This document shows positions 49,507-57,227 of a stretch of 64,000 bases of DNA, in pieces; within the stretch, counting starts at the first letter, position 1, and each line of letters starts with the position of its first letter. The stretch is from a virus, in IMG/VR virus record IMGVR_UViG_3300010430_000003, positions 1-64,000 of that record; one strand, written 5' to 3'. The notes under the pieces were generated by a model, which made no database searches, was not told the DNA's origin, and was given only the letters and a program-made list of their open reading frames with translations. Position numbers and translations under genes: made by a program.

Positions 49507-51165
49507 ATGCTCTCAAAGAAAAAATTACAACAAGAAATAATTAAATGCGGAAGGGATCCGATTTATTTTATCAAAATGTATTGCATGATTCAGGAGCCAA
49601 TTAAGGGTCATATCCCCTTTAATCTATTTCCATATCAGGAAGAGTTAATTCATGAATTTATCAACAATCGTTTTAATATTGTTTTAAAGGGCAGACAACT
49701 TGGTATTTCATGGTTATCATCTGCTTTTTGTTTATGGTTGATGATGTTCCGTCGAAACAAAGTTATCATGTCGGTTTCCACAAAAGAGAAAGTCGCAGCT
49801 AAAATTATTGAAAAAGTTAAGTATCAATATAAACACTTGCCAACTTTCCTTAAAGAGTTTAACGGTATTGATACCGATAATAATGCTAAATTTAAGTTTA
49901 TGAATGGATCGGAAGTTGTTGCTGAAACAACCACCTCTGATTCAGGTCGCTCATATTCCTTATCTCTTCTTATTATTGATGAAGCAGCTTATGTTGAAAA
50001 CCTTGATGGCGATCAGGGTCTTTGGACAGCGCTTGCCCCAACTCTTTCAACTGGTGGTCGAGCCATTGCATTCTCTTCTCCCGCTGGTGCCTCTGGTTGG
50101 TTTTATGAAACATATACAAGAGCCGCTGAAAACGAAATAAGACACGAGGCTGATTGGAACCCAATTAAATTAATGTGGTGGGTACATCCAAATAGAGATG
50201 ATGAGTGGTTCAAAGCACAAGAAGCAGCTATTCCAAATCCCAAAGCTCTTGCTCAAGAGCATTTGTGCGATTTTAGTGCTTCTGGTGATACTGTTATTTC
50301 TTCAGATGATTTGATTGATCTTAAGAGATTTTTAGATAGTATTAATGAAGAAACTGACGAAGAGCACAAAGAGCCCAAATTTAAAACATCTATAGATAGA
50401 AATTATTGGATTTGGCAAAGATACAATCCTGATCACAAATATGTGATGGGGGTTGATACATCGCGTGGTGATGGGAAAGACTTTTCAACGTTTCATATAA
50501 TGGATGTTGTTACTGATGAGATTGTAGCAGAATATAAAGGAAAAGTTCCCGCTGATATATATGCTGAGATAATTTACTCTGCTGCCGAAGAATATGGATT
50601 TCCACTTTTAGCTGTTGAGAAGAATATGGGTGAGGCTGTCCTGATGAAACTTCAGGAAATGGACACCCCTAATCTATATTGTCAAAAGAGAGGAACGAGT
50701 GAATTTATCCCTTATTCACAAATGGCGTATGATAATTCTGTAGTTCTTGGATTTGTTACGTCAGCTAGAAGCAAGGATTTGATTATTGCAAAAATGGAAG
50801 AGTTTATCCGTATGCGGAAGGTGAAGATATATTCAGAAAGATTATACAATGAATTCCTTAATTTCATGTGGGATGATAGTGGAAGGGCTAAAGCGAAAAG
50901 GGGATATAATGATGATCTCGTTATGTCTTTTGCAATAACAATTTGGATTAGGGAAACTGCAATTGAGCAAGATAAAAGAAAAAGATTGCATGACTCTGCC
51001 ATGTTGAATGCATTTAAGGCAGTCGGTAAAAAGTTTGACTATTCCCTTGAAGCATCGAAAGGGTTCGAAGCGGGGCCTTATTTAAAGAGGCAAAGCAAGC
51101 GTCAAGAAGATATAACTAATCGAAAGAAATATAGTTGGTTGTTTGATCCTGTTTACAAAGGCTAA
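49507..51165 (+). CDS. terminase large subunit (T4 gp17-like)
   Basis: Has 'KGRQLGISW' (deviant Walker A), 'LLIIDEAAYV' (Walker B), 'FSSPAG' (coupling motif) and 'MGVDTSRGDGKDFSTFHIMD' (RNase H-like nuclease Asp). The track GTG is at 49498. The ATG at 49507 has an AAGGTG SD 7 nt upstream. Confidence 0.85.
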   Translation: MLSKKKLQQEIIKCGRDPIYFIKMYCMIQEPIKGHIPFNLFPYQEELIHEFINNRFNIVLKGRQLGISWLSSAFCLWLMMFRRNKVIMSVSTKEKVAAKIIEKVKYQYKHLPTFLKEFNGIDTDNNAKFKFMNGSEVVAETTTSDSGRSYSLSLLIIDEAAYVENLDGDQGLWTALAPTLSTGGRAIAFSSPAGASGWFYETYTRAAENEIRHEADWNPIKLMWWVHPNRDDEWFKAQEAAIPNPKALAQEHLCDFSASGDTVISSDDLIDLKRFLDSINEETDEEHKEPKFKTSIDRNYWIWQRYNPDHKYVMGVDTSRGDGKDFSTFHIMDVVTDEIVAEYKGKVPADIYAEIIYSAAEEYGFPLLAVEKNMGEAVLMKLQEMDTPNLYCQKRGTSEFIPYSQMAYDNSVVLGFVTSARSKDLIIAKMEEFIRMRKVKIYSERLYNEFLNFMWDDSGRAKAKRGYNDDLVMSFAITIWIRETAIEQDKRKRLHDSAMLNAFKAVGKKFDYSLEASKGFEAGPYLKRQSKRQEDITNRKKYSWLFDPVYKG

Positions 51166-51172
51166 AAGATAA

Positions 51173-53212
51173 ATGGCAAATAAGATTAAGAAGCATGTTA
51201 GGAACCCTGAATCTACGTTATTCAAGAGATTAACGAGAGTATTCTCTGGTCCTATCACAAACAGAAGATCACAGACTTATAAAAGGCTGCGCATGCAGCA
51301 CATGGATAAGTATGCTAATAAATTCAAGACTGTTACTGGTCAATCATTCAAGAAATCAGCATACAATCCCGCTTCGATGTTACAGTCTGAGCGCATTTTA
51401 AATTATAATCGAGCAGAGCGTTATAAGGAATTTAACCAATTTGAGTTCATTGCAGAAACTTCTGCCGCCCTAAATATTTACGCTGATGAATTAACTCTAT
51501 CTACTACATTAAGTCCAATTCTTAAAATTGATTGTCCTAATGAAGAGATAAAAATTGTTCTTGAGTCTTTATATTATAACATTCTTAATGTAGAGCAGAA
51601 CCTCTATTGGTGGTCTCGTAATATGGTTAAATATGGAGACTTCTTTCTCTATATTGATATTGAAGAAGGTGAGGGAGTTGTTGGAGTTCTTGGGTTACCT
51701 CCTGCTGAAATTGAAATTCTGGAGGGCGAGGATGAAACAAATCTCAATTATATCCAGTACCAATGGAACTCTCGTGGCTTAACATTTGAAAATTGGCAAA
51801 TTGCCCATTTCCGGAATCTTGGTGATGATAAGTATTCACCATATGGTCAAAGCGTATTTGACCCAGTAAGACGTCATGTTCGACAGTTAATGCTTCTTGA
51901 AGATACAATGATGTCTTATCGTATTGTTCGCTCTCCTGAAAGAAGGGTATATTATATTGATGTTGGTGATATTGCATCACAAGATGTAGAGCAGTATGTT
52001 GAGAAAGTAATCACTTCAATGAAGCGCCATACGATTGTTGATGAAGATAGTTCAAGAATTGATTTAAGATATAATCCATGGAATGTTGAGGAAGATATTT
52101 ATATCCCTGTGCGAGCAGGCAACAATACAAGAGTTGAATCTCTGCCCGGTGGTTCGTTTGTCGGAGACATTGATGATGTTAAGTACATCAGAGATAAAGT
52201 CCTCACAGGTCTTCTAATCCCGTTCTCATACCTCTCACGAGAAGAAACAGGAGAGAGTCAAGAAACTCTTGCACAAAAAGACGTTCGCTTTGCTAGCGCG
52301 ATTCAGAGACTTCAACAGCCTGTAATTGCTGAGCTTGAGAAGATTGGTCAAGTGCACCTTTTGTCTCTTGGTTATGAGAGCGAAGATATTGTTTCTTTCA
52401 AACTTGGTCTCAACAACCCATCAAGAATTGCAGAACTTCAACACCTTGAAGAATTTAGAACAAAACTTGAAACTTCTTTACAAGCTCAAGAAATGTTCTC
52501 ATATCGATGGATCGCCCAGAACATTCTAAACCTTTCTGAAGATGAAGCTATGCGTATTAAGAGAGAAAGGTATCATGATGCTAAATATGAAGCAATCCTC
52601 ACAGGAATTAAGGAAGGTGATATTAATGGTGAGTTGGGCATGCCGTCAGAAGAAGGAGATTTATTGGGTCTCGGCGATGGAGAGATGGATCTCGATGCTG
52701 AACCAGAAGCTGGAGGTGATGACTTAGGTCTTGATCCCGAACCAGATGATTTGGGTGGCGGTGATGATGACGGAGGTCTTTTAGTTACTCCTGATGATGA
52801 ACCTGGCCCTTCACCCGGCAAAAGGGATGAATATGTAACTGCTGGCTCTAAAGGGAAAGAGTACAAAAGAGTCGCTACTGATAAAAGAAGAGGTATGGGT
52901 CCTCGCAAGAAGAACTATGCAGGCAAGGTATCTTCTGAAAAGGGGAGAAATACCAAAAGAAATATAGTTCCCGGTGTGAAACATAAAATCAACTCTTTAG
53001 CTTATGGGATTACCGAAGAGCAAGATATTGATGAAATTCTTAAAGAAATGTTTGGAGATATCGAAGAAGACAAGAAAGTTGTTAATTATTCAAAAATTGA
53101 GAGAGATTTCCGAAAAAGCAATCAGGGCACCAAAAAAGTATTGACTGAAATTAAGGATGCTTTAACTAAAGGTGAATATAATAGATTAAACACTGAACAA
53201 GGAGAAGAATGA
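51173..53212 (+). CDS. portal protein (T4 gp20 family) with an acidic low-complexity C-terminal extension
   Basis: 'QLMLLEDTMMSYRIVRSPERRVYYIDVG' parallels T4 gp20 '[28 protein letters not shown]'. The C-terminus contains 'LDAEPEAGGDDLGLDPEPDDLGGGDDDGG'. Confidence 0.85.
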   Translation: MANKIKKHVRNPESTLFKRLTRVFSGPITNRRSQTYKRLRMQHMDKYANKFKTVTGQSFKKSAYNPASMLQSERILNYNRAERYKEFNQFEFIAETSAALNIYADELTLSTTLSPILKIDCPNEEIKIVLESLYYNILNVEQNLYWWSRNMVKYGDFFLYIDIEEGEGVVGVLGLPPAEIEILEGEDETNLNYIQYQWNSRGLTFENWQIAHFRNLGDDKYSPYGQSVFDPVRRHVRQLMLLEDTMMSYRIVRSPERRVYYIDVGDIASQDVEQYVEKVITSMKRHTIVDEDSSRIDLRYNPWNVEEDIYIPVRAGNNTRVESLPGGSFVGDIDDVKYIRDKVLTGLLIPFSYLSREETGESQETLAQKDVRFASAIQRLQQPVIAELEKIGQVHLLSLGYESEDIVSFKLGLNNPSRIAELQHLEEFRTKLETSLQAQEMFSYRWIAQNILNLSEDEAMRIKRERYHDAKYEAILTGIKEGDINGELGMPSEEGDLLGLGDGEMDLDAEPEAGGDDLGLDPEPDDLGGGDDDGGLLVTPDDEPGPSPGKRDEYVTAGSKGKEYKRVATDKRRGMGPRKKNYAGKVSSEKGRNTKRNIVPGVKHKINSLAYGITEEQDIDEILKEMFGDIEEDKKVVNYSKIERDFRKSNQGTKKVLTEIKDALTKGEYNRLNTEQGEE

Positions 53213-54060
53213 TGTCATTCAAGCATAATAAGAAAAGAAATACCGCTTTTCTTTTTGAAGTGATGGTTAGAGAAGTGTCAGAGCAAATTCTCGAAGAAAA
53301 TAAAAGTAGGCGTGAACACCTATTAGAGCTTATTAAAAAGTATTTTGGGAAAGATAGCATTCTTGCTGAAGAGTTGCAGCTTTACCGTGATATTTACGAA
53401 GATAATAGTGTTACAACCAACACTTTGCAAAATATTGTTTTGGAGTCAAAGAGAAAATTTGATAAGATTAACAAAAAGAATGTTTTTAACAAACAAACCA
53501 AGTTAATTTCTGAAATCAATAAGATTGATAAAAATATTTTCAATAACTTTATTAAAAATTATAAAGTTCTTGCCTCGATTAATCAGTATTTCTTAGAAGA
53601 GTCACTTGGCAGTAAAGAGATGGTTAGTCTGAAAGAGCAAATTGTTGAATTTGTCATTGATGAGCCCGAGCAGAGTAATGGTGTTCTTGAAGAAGTTGAT
53701 TCTATTGTTTATAGAACTTTTATTGATAAGTTTAATAATGAATATGCCGAACTGTTAAGTGAACAGAAGGAGCTTTTGCAATTATATGTTTTATCTTCAA
53801 GTAAAGATGGCAAATTATCATTCGCTTGCTATTTAAATGAAGAAATTGCAAGGTTAAAGCAAGAGGTCAGTAGTTCTTTCGAATTAAAAGAAATTAAAGA
53901 AGACCTTTACATGAAAGAGAAAGCGGAGACTGTAATTGTAATGCTGGAAGAGTTTTCGACACGGGAAATCCAAGAGAATGATTTTGAAAAAATTCTAATG
54001 ATTCAAGAGTTAGTTAGGGAGATTAATACTGATGCCGATCAAGATAATTCTGCACAATAA
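53209..54060 (+). CDS. hypothetical protein (helical, Lys/Glu-rich)
   Basis: 283-aa ORF with an ATGA overlap to the portal stop. Confidence 0.55.
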   Translation: MMSFKHNKKRNTAFLFEVMVREVSEQILEENKSRREHLLELIKKYFGKDSILAEELQLYRDIYEDNSVTTNTLQNIVLESKRKFDKINKKNVFNKQTKLISEINKIDKNIFNNFIKNYKVLASINQYFLEESLGSKEMVSLKEQIVEFVIDEPEQSNGVLEEVDSIVYRTFIDKFNNEYAELLSEQKELLQLYVLSSSKDGKLSFACYLNEEIARLKQEVSSSFELKEIKEDLYMKEKAETVIVMLEEFSTREIQENDFEKILMIQELVREINTDADQDNSAQ

Positions 54061-54880
54061 GGGTAGGTCTAAGACATATTCAGATCCCTCGGATGATCCA
54101 AACTTCTCTGGCCCAACAATAGAAATTAATGTTCGGAAGAATATTAGAGGGGATTTCATGGTCATGGATCATGCCGACGTTGATATTGTTTATTCTGGAA
54201 AGACTAATAAAGTAAGTGCTTTTGCTAAGAATGTGAATGTTAATGCTGATCTTGTGTACGACGCGCAAAACAGGTTATTTCAGTTTCTTGCTCAAAAGGG
54301 TGTTATTGATCCTGAGAGCGTTCAAGGCGGCTCATTATATTCTTCAATGGAAGCAGACGTTTATAAGGAAAACGAAGTTCAGGAAAATCAGGTTGTCTTA
54401 TTTTCAATCGGTCAGTTTATTGAACAAGAAAGGCCATTCTTCAAGTGGAAAGAAGCATTCCGAGATAAGATGATTGATAAGTATACAGAACCCGATGAAG
54501 AGCACTCAACAGAGCTTGGTGATGTGCCACATGGTGATCGTAAGGGACAAATCGATCCGTCAGGATGGCTTAGTGGAGCTTCATATCAGCTTTACGAAGG
54601 TGACGAAAAGTGGGATGAAGTTAAAGAATATGCTGGAAGAATCATGGCAAAAAATCGAGAGCTTAATGTTCCATCTTGGGCCTTGTTAAAGAACGGGAAA
54701 TTAGCTAGAATATGGGATATGCCTGATAGAGAGCTTGGAATTTCCGTTTCTTGGGATGGAGAGCCTAACGTGCTTGATGTTCCACTAAATGCGGTTAAAC
54801 AAGTTGTTTGGTATGATATTGAAGATCAATACGCGGAAACAGCACCCGCGCAAAAACCACTTCATATTGAAGTAAGATGA
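54032..54880 (+). CDS. hypothetical protein
   Basis: 282-aa ORF. It overlaps the upstream gene by 29 nt, and the next in-frame ATG is far downstream. Confidence 0.55.
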   Translation: MPIKIILHNKGRSKTYSDPSDDPNFSGPTIEINVRKNIRGDFMVMDHADVDIVYSGKTNKVSAFAKNVNVNADLVYDAQNRLFQFLAQKGVIDPESVQGGSLYSSMEADVYKENEVQENQVVLFSIGQFIEQERPFFKWKEAFRDKMIDKYTEPDEEHSTELGDVPHGDRKGQIDPSGWLSGASYQLYEGDEKWDEVKEYAGRIMAKNRELNVPSWALLKNGKLARIWDMPDRELGISVSWDGEPNVLDVPLNAVKQVVWYDIEDQYAETAPAQKPLHIEVR

Positions 54881-54889
54881 GGAAGGAAA

Positions 54890-55027
54890 ATGACTGAAGA
54901 AAATAAAGGATGGATTTGTCCAAAGTGTGGACAAGTATATGCTCCTACGGTTGAGAAGTGTTCGACCTGCATTCCAGAACCTGTTAAGGAAAACCAAGAA
55001 AAGAAGAAGAAGATATTAAAGGATTAA
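54890..55027 (+). CDS. 45-aa zinc-ribbon protein
   Basis: Not in the track. A GAGGAAGG SD sits upstream of the ATG. Product: MTEENKGWICPKCGQVYAPTVEKCSTCIPEP... (CxxC-N10-CxxC). It fills the gap to the next gene exactly. Confidence 0.55.
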   Translation: MTEENKGWICPKCGQVYAPTVEKCSTCIPEPVKENQEKKKKILKD

Positions 55028-55028
55028 T

Positions 55029-55340
55029 ATGACTGGAATTATTACGTTTATTTTAATATGTTACGGCGCAACTAGCATAATTGTTAACGGCAAGATTTTT
55101 GAGAACGTGCGTGGAAAAAGTTATATGCTTAACTGCCAAATGTGCATGGGTTTTTGGGTTGGTCTCCTTGTTGCATACTTAGACTATAATACTCATCTTT
55201 TTACATTTGACAATAACATTGTAACATTAGTAATGTTGGGTGCTCTTTCATCTGGAACAAGTTATATTCTTGATAGACTATTTAATGATGATGGAATCCA
55301 ACTAAGTTTGGGAGTTAAAGGTGAAGGAAATTCTGAATAG
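55029..55340 (+). CDS. small integral membrane protein (about 3 TM, CxxC between helices)
   Basis: 103 aa. Hydrophobic stretches are 'IITFILICYGATSIIV', 'CQMCMGFWVGLLVAYL' and 'IVTLVMLGALSSGTSYIL'. It loosely resembles DUF1360-type proteins (from memory only). Confidence 0.55.
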   Translation: MTGIITFILICYGATSIIVNGKIFENVRGKSYMLNCQMCMGFWVGLLVAYLDYNTHLFTFDNNIVTLVMLGALSSGTSYILDRLFNDDGIQLSLGVKGEGNSE

Positions 55341-55671
55341 TTGGAAAAAGTATCTTAATGAAGAACCTTTAGCTGAAGCCAAGGTTTATTCTCTTGGAGA
55401 TCAATATGCAATTGCGTTTCATCCTGAAAATATAGTTTATGTTACTCAACGTGGTGGTATGCAGCAAAAAAAGAAATGGTTTCTTCAAACGGATGATGAG
55501 TCGTATAAATATCTTATGAGTGTTTTGCGTAAAGCAGATCCATATCAAGTAGAAGTAACAAGAGATGAATTATTAAGAGGTCGTTATGGTAAGTTAACTG
55601 TAGTGGGTCATCAATTACCTGATGATGACGATGAGATTGAAACAATTGATGATATCAGTTTTGACTTTTAG
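55321..55671 (+). CDS. hypothetical protein
   Basis: 116-aa ORF with a GTG start and an acidic C-terminus. Confidence 0.5.
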   Translation: MKEILNSWKKYLNEEPLAEAKVYSLGDQYAIAFHPENIVYVTQRGGMQQKKKWFLQTDDESYKYLMSVLRKADPYQVEVTRDELLRGRYGKLTVVGHQLPDDDDEIETIDDISFDF

Positions 55672-55681
55672 GAGGTGACAA

Positions 55682-55747
55682 ATGTTCAAGTCAAGAAAAC
55701 TGCGGTATCCCCGCAGATGTAAATCTGGTTGCATACTAAAATCCTGA
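55682..55747 (+). CDS. 21-aa very basic mini-ORF (uncertain)
   Basis: A strong GGAGGTG SD lies 5 nt upstream of the ATG. Product: MFKSRKLRYPRRCKSGCILKS*. It sits in the 153-nt gap before the protease gene. Confidence 0.25.
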   Translation: MFKSRKLRYPRRCKSGCILKS

Positions 55748-55824
55748 GCAAGATGTAAAACTGCTCGTTTCCTTTTTCTAAACTATATATTTATAGATGT
55801 GTATAACATTTAGAGAAAGGTATT

Positions 55825-56448
55825 ATGTCACAACAGTTTTTAATCAAAGAATTCTTAAGCTTCAAGAATGAAGCAGACTCTGTCGAGGCAGTTTTAACAG
55901 AGCAAGAAAAAGTTGAGAGAAATAACGGCACCATGTTCCTTGTTGGTGTTGTACAGCGAGCCGATGCTGAAAATGGCAATGGCCGCCGCTATCCCCGCAA
56001 AATTTTAGAAAGAGAAGTTGTCAACTATATGAAGTTGGTTCGAGAGAGCCGCTCCGTTGGTGAATGTGATCATCCAGGCGATGACCGAGTAGAGATTGAA
56101 TTAAAAAATGTATCTCACGTTATTACTGATCTTTGGTGGGAAGGACAAGACCTTAAAGGAAAGTTGAAAATTCTTAACACTCCTTGTGGTCAAATTGTAA
56201 GCAACTTAGTTAAAGATGGAATTACACTTGGTATCTCTTCACGAGGCTTAGGATCAACAAGACAAGATACTCGTGGTAATACAATTGTTGAAGATGATTT
56301 TCAATTGATTTGTTGGGACATCGTTTCAGAACCTAGCACTCAAGGAGCCTTCGTAACACCCTTAAGAGAGGGAGTTAATTATACTAGGAAGGTATTTGAT
56401 AAATCTTATCGCATTAATTGTCTACTTAATAATATTGTGGAAGAGTGA
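55825..56448 (+). CDS. prohead core protease (T4 gp21 family)
   Basis: 'NGNGRRYPRKILEREV', 'GECDHP' and 'GISSRGLGS' parallel T4 gp21 'NRNKRLYPKRILEKAV', 'GELNHP' and 'GVSSRGLGS'. Confidence 0.85.
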   Translation: MSQQFLIKEFLSFKNEADSVEAVLTEQEKVERNNGTMFLVGVVQRADAENGNGRRYPRKILEREVVNYMKLVRESRSVGECDHPGDDRVEIELKNVSHVITDLWWEGQDLKGKLKILNTPCGQIVSNLVKDGITLGISSRGLGSTRQDTRGNTIVEDDFQLICWDIVSEPSTQGAFVTPLREGVNYTRKVFDKSYRINCLLNNIVEE

Positions 56449-56451
56449 GCA

Positions 56452-56895
56452 ATGAAACAAGAAGAATTTGAAAGGCTGGTAGAAAGAATTGTAGAAGAGA
56501 AAATTAAAGAAAAATTAGAAGAGAGAGTGGAAGCCCTTTTCTATAAGACTCTTGTTGAAAGTAACATGATGTCTAACATCATCTCAACAATTTATGAGAA
56601 CATGGAGCGTGAAGACAAAATTCCGCTAAAAGAGTCTAAGGTAGAAACAACCCTAAAAGCAAAGCCGCGAAGAAAACCAACCCCAAATCCCGCCATTGAA
56701 TCAATGGGAATGTACTTTGAAGGGACTAGTCCTATTGATGATGCTGAAGGCGGTTCTGCTAAATTGAAAGCGGAATCTCTTCAAGAAGGAGTTCGACCAG
56801 AACTAATTGGTGACGAGGGTGTTGATTTAGGAATTTTTGCTAACGTTGCTGATTTTTGGCGTGATGATGTTGAGAAATATAATAGTGGTGAATAA
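56452..56895 (+). CDS. hypothetical prohead core/scaffold-associated protein
   Basis: 147 aa with a coiled-coil-like N-terminus. It lies between the protease and scaffold genes. The call is positional only. Confidence 0.45.
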   Translation: MKQEEFERLVERIVEEKIKEKLEERVEALFYKTLVESNMMSNIISTIYENMEREDKIPLKESKVETTLKAKPRRKPTPNPAIESMGMYFEGTSPIDDAEGGSAKLKAESLQEGVRPELIGDEGVDLGIFANVADFWRDDVEKYNSGE

Positions 56896-57150
56896 ATGAA
56901 GAGAAAAAGAGCAAGACGCAATACAAAGTTCATGGAATATTTTGATAACTGTAATGTAGAAGTGTTTGTAGACGACTACGATAGTTTAGATAAGGCCATT
57001 AGAAAGTTTACTAAGAAAGTTAAGGAAGATGGTGTATTAGAACAATGTTGGGAAGCTAAAGTATATGAGAAACCTTCTGATAAAAAGCGAAGAAAGAGGA
57101 AGGAAGCAAAATATAATAGAAAAAAGAATCTCACTAAGAATAAGTATTAA
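56896..57150 (+). CDS. rpsU: ribosomal protein bS21 homologue
   Basis: 'VEVFVDDYDSLDKAIRKFTKKVKEDGVLEQCWEAKVYEKPSDKKRRKRKEAKYNRKK' aligns with E. coli S21 '[56 protein letters not shown]'. The basic 12-aa N-terminal extension may be absent if the start is ATG 56932. Confidence 0.8.
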   Translation: MKRKRARRNTKFMEYFDNCNVEVFVDDYDSLDKAIRKFTKKVKEDGVLEQCWEAKVYEKPSDKKRRKRKEAKYNRKKNLTKNKY

Positions 57151-57227
57151 TATATAATTTCCTTTATAAGCGATATTGCCATATTTATAGTGCAATATTG
57201 TATTTTCCTTTATAGGAGTGTTTCATA

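Noticed and set aside
52573-52908. A 111-aa minus-strand Pro/Ser/Gly-rich ORF that looks like a real low-complexity protein.
   Set aside because: It is the antisense reading of the acidic Asp/Gly/Glu/Pro low-complexity tail of the portal gene. The portal frame is continuous through this region.
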